From assembly GCA_965603825.1 (NCBI GenBank), contig CBFDEM010000022.1:326975-390974 (forward strand): a DNA stretch of 64,000 bases. The letters run 5' to 3'. The notes under the pieces were generated by a model. That model was given only the letters and a program-made list of their open reading frames with translations, was not told the DNA's origin and did no database searches. Both the position numbers and the translations under genes were made by a program. The first letter of the stretch is position 1; the number at the start of each line of letters is the position of its first letter. Below are positions 59,598 through 64,000 of this stretch, piece by piece. This stretch comes from Blepharisma stoltei ATCC 30299. Lineage: Eukaryota > Protista > Ciliophora.

Positions 59598-60110
59598 TTA
59601 TTTTATGCCATCGAAGAGCTTTATGATGTGGGCTTAAGAAAAGGAGTTATTTTTGCTACAAATCAAGAAATGTTTCATACAATACCAGACGACATTATTG
59701 ACTTATTAAAGATTAAGGAAACTAGAGTTTCAATGATGGCTGTTAGTGGGCGAAATTGAGTAGGTAAGGTTGGGGAATTTGCTTACTCGCAGATAGCATC
59801 TAGATATAATGGCGTCATATTTGCCCTCACTTGCTCTAGTTATGATACAGCAATTTAATAGGCATAGCAAGGACTACATGATAAACCAAGGATTTGATTA
59901 TAATGATCCTTACCAAATAAATTCGGCAATCAGAGTTCAAAAGTTTAATGGGTGCACAGGAGTAGTTACTATTGAAAAAAATGACAGAGCTATCAGCATT
60001 TTTGATATAATGGCCAGCAAAATAGATAAAATTTCTAGAAATGTGACAGCATACAAAATGGCTGAATTTCGTGCATATGGTTGCACAATTTTGAGCATTA
60101 AACTCCTTCA
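59598..60110 (+). pseudogene. Fragment of a more diverged receptor paralogue (second VFT-like domain)
   Basis: LFYAIEELYDVGLRKG, W(TGA)VGKVGEFAYS, DYMINQGFDYNDPYQIN, QKFNGCTG, NVTAYK. Frameshifted. Confidence 0.8.
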
Positions 60111-60424
60111 TTAGAATTTCATTGCATAATTCTATGGCTTTTTTTTTTACCTAATTGATAAATTTCCAAATTATAATTATTAATTTTATAATGTTTTTAA
60201 TAGAAATTTACCTTGCTCAACCACTTGACTAAAGTAAAACCACTTGAAAATCCTATTAAAAATGATTCTGCTAATGGCACAAAAAGTTGATGCAAGCAGT
60301 GAGCCAGGCTCCTATTATCGCCTGTCGTAGAAACTAAAAACGATCCTTAAGTCACTGAAGCTACAAAGATGCCCTATTGCCCTATTATATAGCTTCTGGA
60401 TAGTATTCTAAACAAAGAGAATTA

Positions 60425-60910
60425 GCTTAATCAATGCTATTAAGAGCATGCCCTTTATTTCAGTAGTAGTCTACATTATCTGGATTAATTCTAATTGCAT
60501 CACTAAAATATTCAATTGCTTCTTCATGTTTGTTTTCTTCTGCCAGCAGTTCACCTTTCTATTCTATGCTCTATCTTCATTTTGATCTACTCTAATAAAT
60601 TCTTTAAGAATCTTATTCCTTCTCTCTTCCTCCCAAGCTACAAAGAATACGTGCTTTATTCTCAAAATAAGTAGCATATTCTGAATTAATTTTAATTGCA
60701 TCATTAAAATATTCTAGTAGTAATAAAGCTTCTCCTATTAGATCATATAATCCATCTCTGTTTGGGCCAACTTTAATGCTGATTTTCAGCACTCCATAGC
60801 CTCTTTATATTTATCTACTTTAAAAGCACGTCGCATTTATACAAGTAATAGACTGCTTTACTTGGATTAATTCTGATTGCCTCATTTCAATTCTTTATTG
60901 CTTCTTCATG
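60425..60910 (-). pseudogene. Degenerate TPR-repeat gene
   Basis: Minus strand reads HEEAIEYFSDAIRINPDNVDYYWNKGHAL and HEEAIKNWNEAIRINPSKAVYY, with stops and frameshifts. Confidence 0.75.
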
Positions 60911-60912
60911 AT

Positions 60913-61801
60913 AGAAAATTGATTGTTTTGATGATATTCCTTCATTAAGTATCTTATTTCTTCAGCTGTCTCTGGCTCTATCATGCGATTAAATAATTAC
61001 TGAAATAAATTTTAAGTTGATTTAAATAAAAATTCCTCTGTCGAGCTTGCATATTCTTGACCTTTTATAGGATTATAATTGCTCCATCAATTTTGCAACC
61101 ATAACCACTGTTTTGATTTAAAATTAACCTATCTCCTTCCAGTAGAAGTTTGTTGGACTTCAATGCTTCTTGGATTATCGACGAGAGAACAGAATTTGTA
61201 AAAATGTAATACAAAGTAATGCCTAAAGGCTTGATAGCCTTACTAAATTTTGTATGCTTGTTGATGACTCTACAGCTAAATAATTAAAAGTTGCTGAATA
61301 TTCTAAAAATTCGTTTTTATTGTATACGTTATTTTCGCCAGTAATTGCAAGTCCTTGAGACCAGTTAAAGTAATCTAAAACTGAAAAGTATGCATTCATT
61401 TGAGCTGAGTGAGAAGGAAAAATGCTGTAATCCATTCGTCATCGTATAAAGACTTATACTTTTTCTGAGGGACCAAATGGATTTTCTTGCTTTCTTCACA
61501 TAGTTGAGAAAGACTCAGTTGTATTTCAAAATCGTCTGATAAATCAAGGACGATTAAAGTATCAGAATAAATATTGAGGCGCTCTGAAATTGCTATGTAA
61601 TTGCAATAGTGCCAATCTATAACTGAGTCTAATTGTATTTTTCCTTCATTAAGCCAGTTTTGACTGCCTTTATTTTTATCACTTTAGACAATAAGAATAT
61701 CAATAGAGGAAGACAGATTTAGCATAAATATGAAATATAATATCTTTACAAACCCTATGCCAGAAAATGCCTTGCTTCTTTTTTGCTGGCTTTTTTTTCA
61801 T
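60913..61801 (-). pseudogene. Telomere-proximal N-terminal receptor-family pseudogene
   Basis: Colinear with ~50920-51813. Small indels (near 61765, 61430, 61240), truncated against the TPR remnant. Confidence 0.85.
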
Positions 61802-61990
61802 TTTTTGTATTAGAGTTTATTTACAAAATCTGTAAGTTTAATAACTTTTTTATATATAATAAGACTGATGCAGGATATGAATAATATAGAAATGCATAGT
61901 GTTTCAAATATCATTATGATTAAATATCTGTTTGATTCATAAATTTCATTTTCTATTTTAGGAGAAATCATATTAAGAAGTTCTGACATA

Positions 61991-64000
61991 TTAGGGTGTT
62001 AGGGTGTTAGGGTGTTAGGGTGTTAGGGTGTTAGGGTGTTAGGGGTGGTTAGGGTGTTAGGGTGTTAGGGTGTTAGGGTGTTAGGGTGTTAGGGTGTTAG
62101 GGTGTTAGGGTGTTAGGGTGTTAGGGTGTTAGGGTGTTAGGGTGTTAGGGTGTTAGGGTGTTAGGGTGTTAGGGTGTTAGGGTGTTAGGGTGTTAGGGTG
62201 TTAGGGTGTTAGGGTGTTAGGGTGTTAGGGTGTTAGGGTGTTAGGGTGTTAGGGTGTTAGGGTGTTAGGGTGTTAGGGTGTTAGGGTGTTAGGGTGTTAG
62301 GGTGTTAGGGTGTTAGGGTGTTAGGGTGTTAGGGTGTTAGGGTGTTAGGGTGTTAGGGTGTTAGGGTGTTAGGGTGTTAGGGTGTTAGGGTGTTAGGGTG
62401 TTAGGGTGTTAGGGTGTTAGGGTGTTAGGGTGTTAGGGTGTTAGGGTGTTAGGGTGTTAGGGTGTTAGGGTGTTAGGGTGTTAGGGTGTTAGGGTGTTAG
62501 GGTGTTAGGGTGTTAGGGTGTTAGGGTGTTAGGGTGTTAGGGTGTTAGGGTGTTAGGGTGTTAGGGTGTTAGGGTGTTAGGGTGTTAGGGTGTTAGGGTG
62601 TTAGGGTGTTAGGGTGTTAGGGTGTTAGGGTGTTAGGGTGTTAGGGTGTTAGGGTGTTAGGGTGTTAGGGTGTTAGGGTGTTAGGGTGTTAGGGTGTTAG
62701 GGTGTTAGGGTGTTAGGGTGTTAGGGTGTTAGGGTGTTAGGGTGTTAGGGTGTTAGGGTGTTAGGGTGTTAGGGTGTTAGGGTGTTAGGGTGTTAGGGTG
62801 TTAGGGTGTTAGGGTGTTAGGGTGTTAGGGTGTTAGGGTGTTAGGGTGTTAGGGTGTTAGGGTGTTAGGGTGTTAGGGTGTTAGGGTGTTAGGGTGTTAG
62901 GGTGTTAGGGTGTTAGGGTGTTAGGGTGTTAGGGTGTTAGGGTGTTAGGGTGTTAGGGTGTTAGGGTGTTAGGGTGTTAGGGTGTTAGGGTGTTAGGGTG
63001 TTAGGGTGTTAGGGTGTTAGGGTGTTAGGGTGTTAGGGTGTTAGGGTGTTAGGGTGTTAGGGTGTTAGGGTGTTAGGGTGTTAGGGTGTTAGGGTGTTAG
63101 GGTGTTAGGGTGTTAGGGTGTTAGGGTGTTAGGGTGTTAGGGTGTTAGGGTGTTAGGGTGTTAGGGTGTTAGGGTGTTAGGGTGTTAGGGTGTTAGGGTG
63201 TTAGGGTGTTAGGGTGTTAGGGTGTTAGGGTGTTAGGGTGTTAGGGTGTTAGGGTGTTAGGGTGTTAGGGTGTTAGGGTGTTAGGGTGTTAGGGTGTTAG
63301 GGTGTTAGGGTGTTAGGGTGTTAGGGTGTTAGGGTGTTAGGGTGTTAGGGTGTTAGGGTGTTAGGGTGTTAGGGGTGTTAGGGTGTTAGGGTGTTAGGGT
63401 GTTAGGGTGTTAGGGTGTTAGGGTGTTAGGGTGTTAGGGTGTTAGGGTGTTAGGGTGTTAGGGTGTTAGGGTGTTAGGGTGTTAGGGTGTTAGGGTGTTA
63501 GGGTGTTAGGGTGTTAGGGTGTTAGGGTGTTAGGGTGTTAGGGTGTTAGGGTGTTAGGGTGTTAGGGTGTTAGGGTGTTAGGGTGTTAGGGTGTTAGGGT
63601 GTTAGGGGTGTTAGGGTGTTAGGGTGTTAGGGTGTTAGGGTGTTAGGGTGTTAGGGTGTTAGGGTGTTAGGGTGTTAGGGTGTTAGGGTGTTAGGGTGTT
63701 AGGGTGTTAGGGTGTTAGGGTGTTAGGGTGTTAGGGTGTTAGGGTGTTAGGGTGTTAGGGTGTTAGGGTGTTAGGGTGTTAGGGTGTTAGGGTGTTAGGG
63801 TGTTAGGGTGTTAGGGTGTTAGGGTGTTAGGGTGTTAGGGTGTTAGGGTGTTAGGGTGTTAGGGTGTTAGGGGTGTTAGGGTGTTAGGGGTGTTAGGGTG
63901 TTAGGGTGTTAGGGGTGTTAGGGTGTTAGGGTGTTAGGGTGTTAGGGTGTTAGGGTGTTAGGGTGTTAGGGGTGTTAGGGTGTTAGGGTGTTAGGGTGTT
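61991..64000 (+). repeat. Telomere, about 250 copies of TTAGGGTG (CCCTAACA on the C-strand)
   Basis: Near-perfect 8-bp tandem array to the window end, with the G-rich strand running towards the terminus. This is the heterotrich (Blepharisma/Stentor) telomeric unit. Confidence 0.98.

Noticed and set aside
1-64000. UGA as selenocysteine/cysteine, or a mitochondrial/Mycoplasma origin
   Set aside because: UGA aligns to conserved Trp positions. Spliceosomal introns, telomere and eukaryote-specific genes show a nuclear ciliate genome.

Overview
Right end of a ciliate macronuclear chromosome from a heterotrich, most consistent with Blepharisma (e.g. B. stoltei). Three signatures agree: (1) UGA is read as Trp, so the supplied ORF track splits most genes and every gene model ends in UAA/UAG; (2) tiny 15-16 nt GT-AG introns carry an A at position -6; (3) a ~2 kb (TTAGGGTG)n = (CCCTAACA)n telomere starts at 61991. 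Positions 1-47 kb are a gene-dense core of ~35 genes, including an inositol 5-phosphatase, two DUSPs, PH-FYVE, IQ-MORN, steroid 5-alpha reductase, a Trf4-like nucleotidyltransferase, a RING-less Not4, an RBR E3, a head-to-head PEX11/PXMP4 pair, an EF-hand protein, eIF2A, an SK-type K+ channel, Elp6, DP, DHHC, DENN, a LolD-like ABC ATPase, RPE and Fe/Mn-SOD. Several genes are only 7-18 bp apart or share a TTAA stop. Positions 48-62 kb are a subtelomeric accessory zone with one intact ~1160-aa receptor-like gene (signal peptide, tandem Venus-flytrap/ANF-receptor-like domains, ~8-9 TM). It is followed by at least seven truncated, inverted or disrupted paralogous pieces interleaved with TPR genes. 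One pseudocopy carries a 66-bp TA-bounded IES-like insert, and the telomere is attached inside the upstream region of the last copy. All assignments come from manual translation and motif recognition; no database searches were run.
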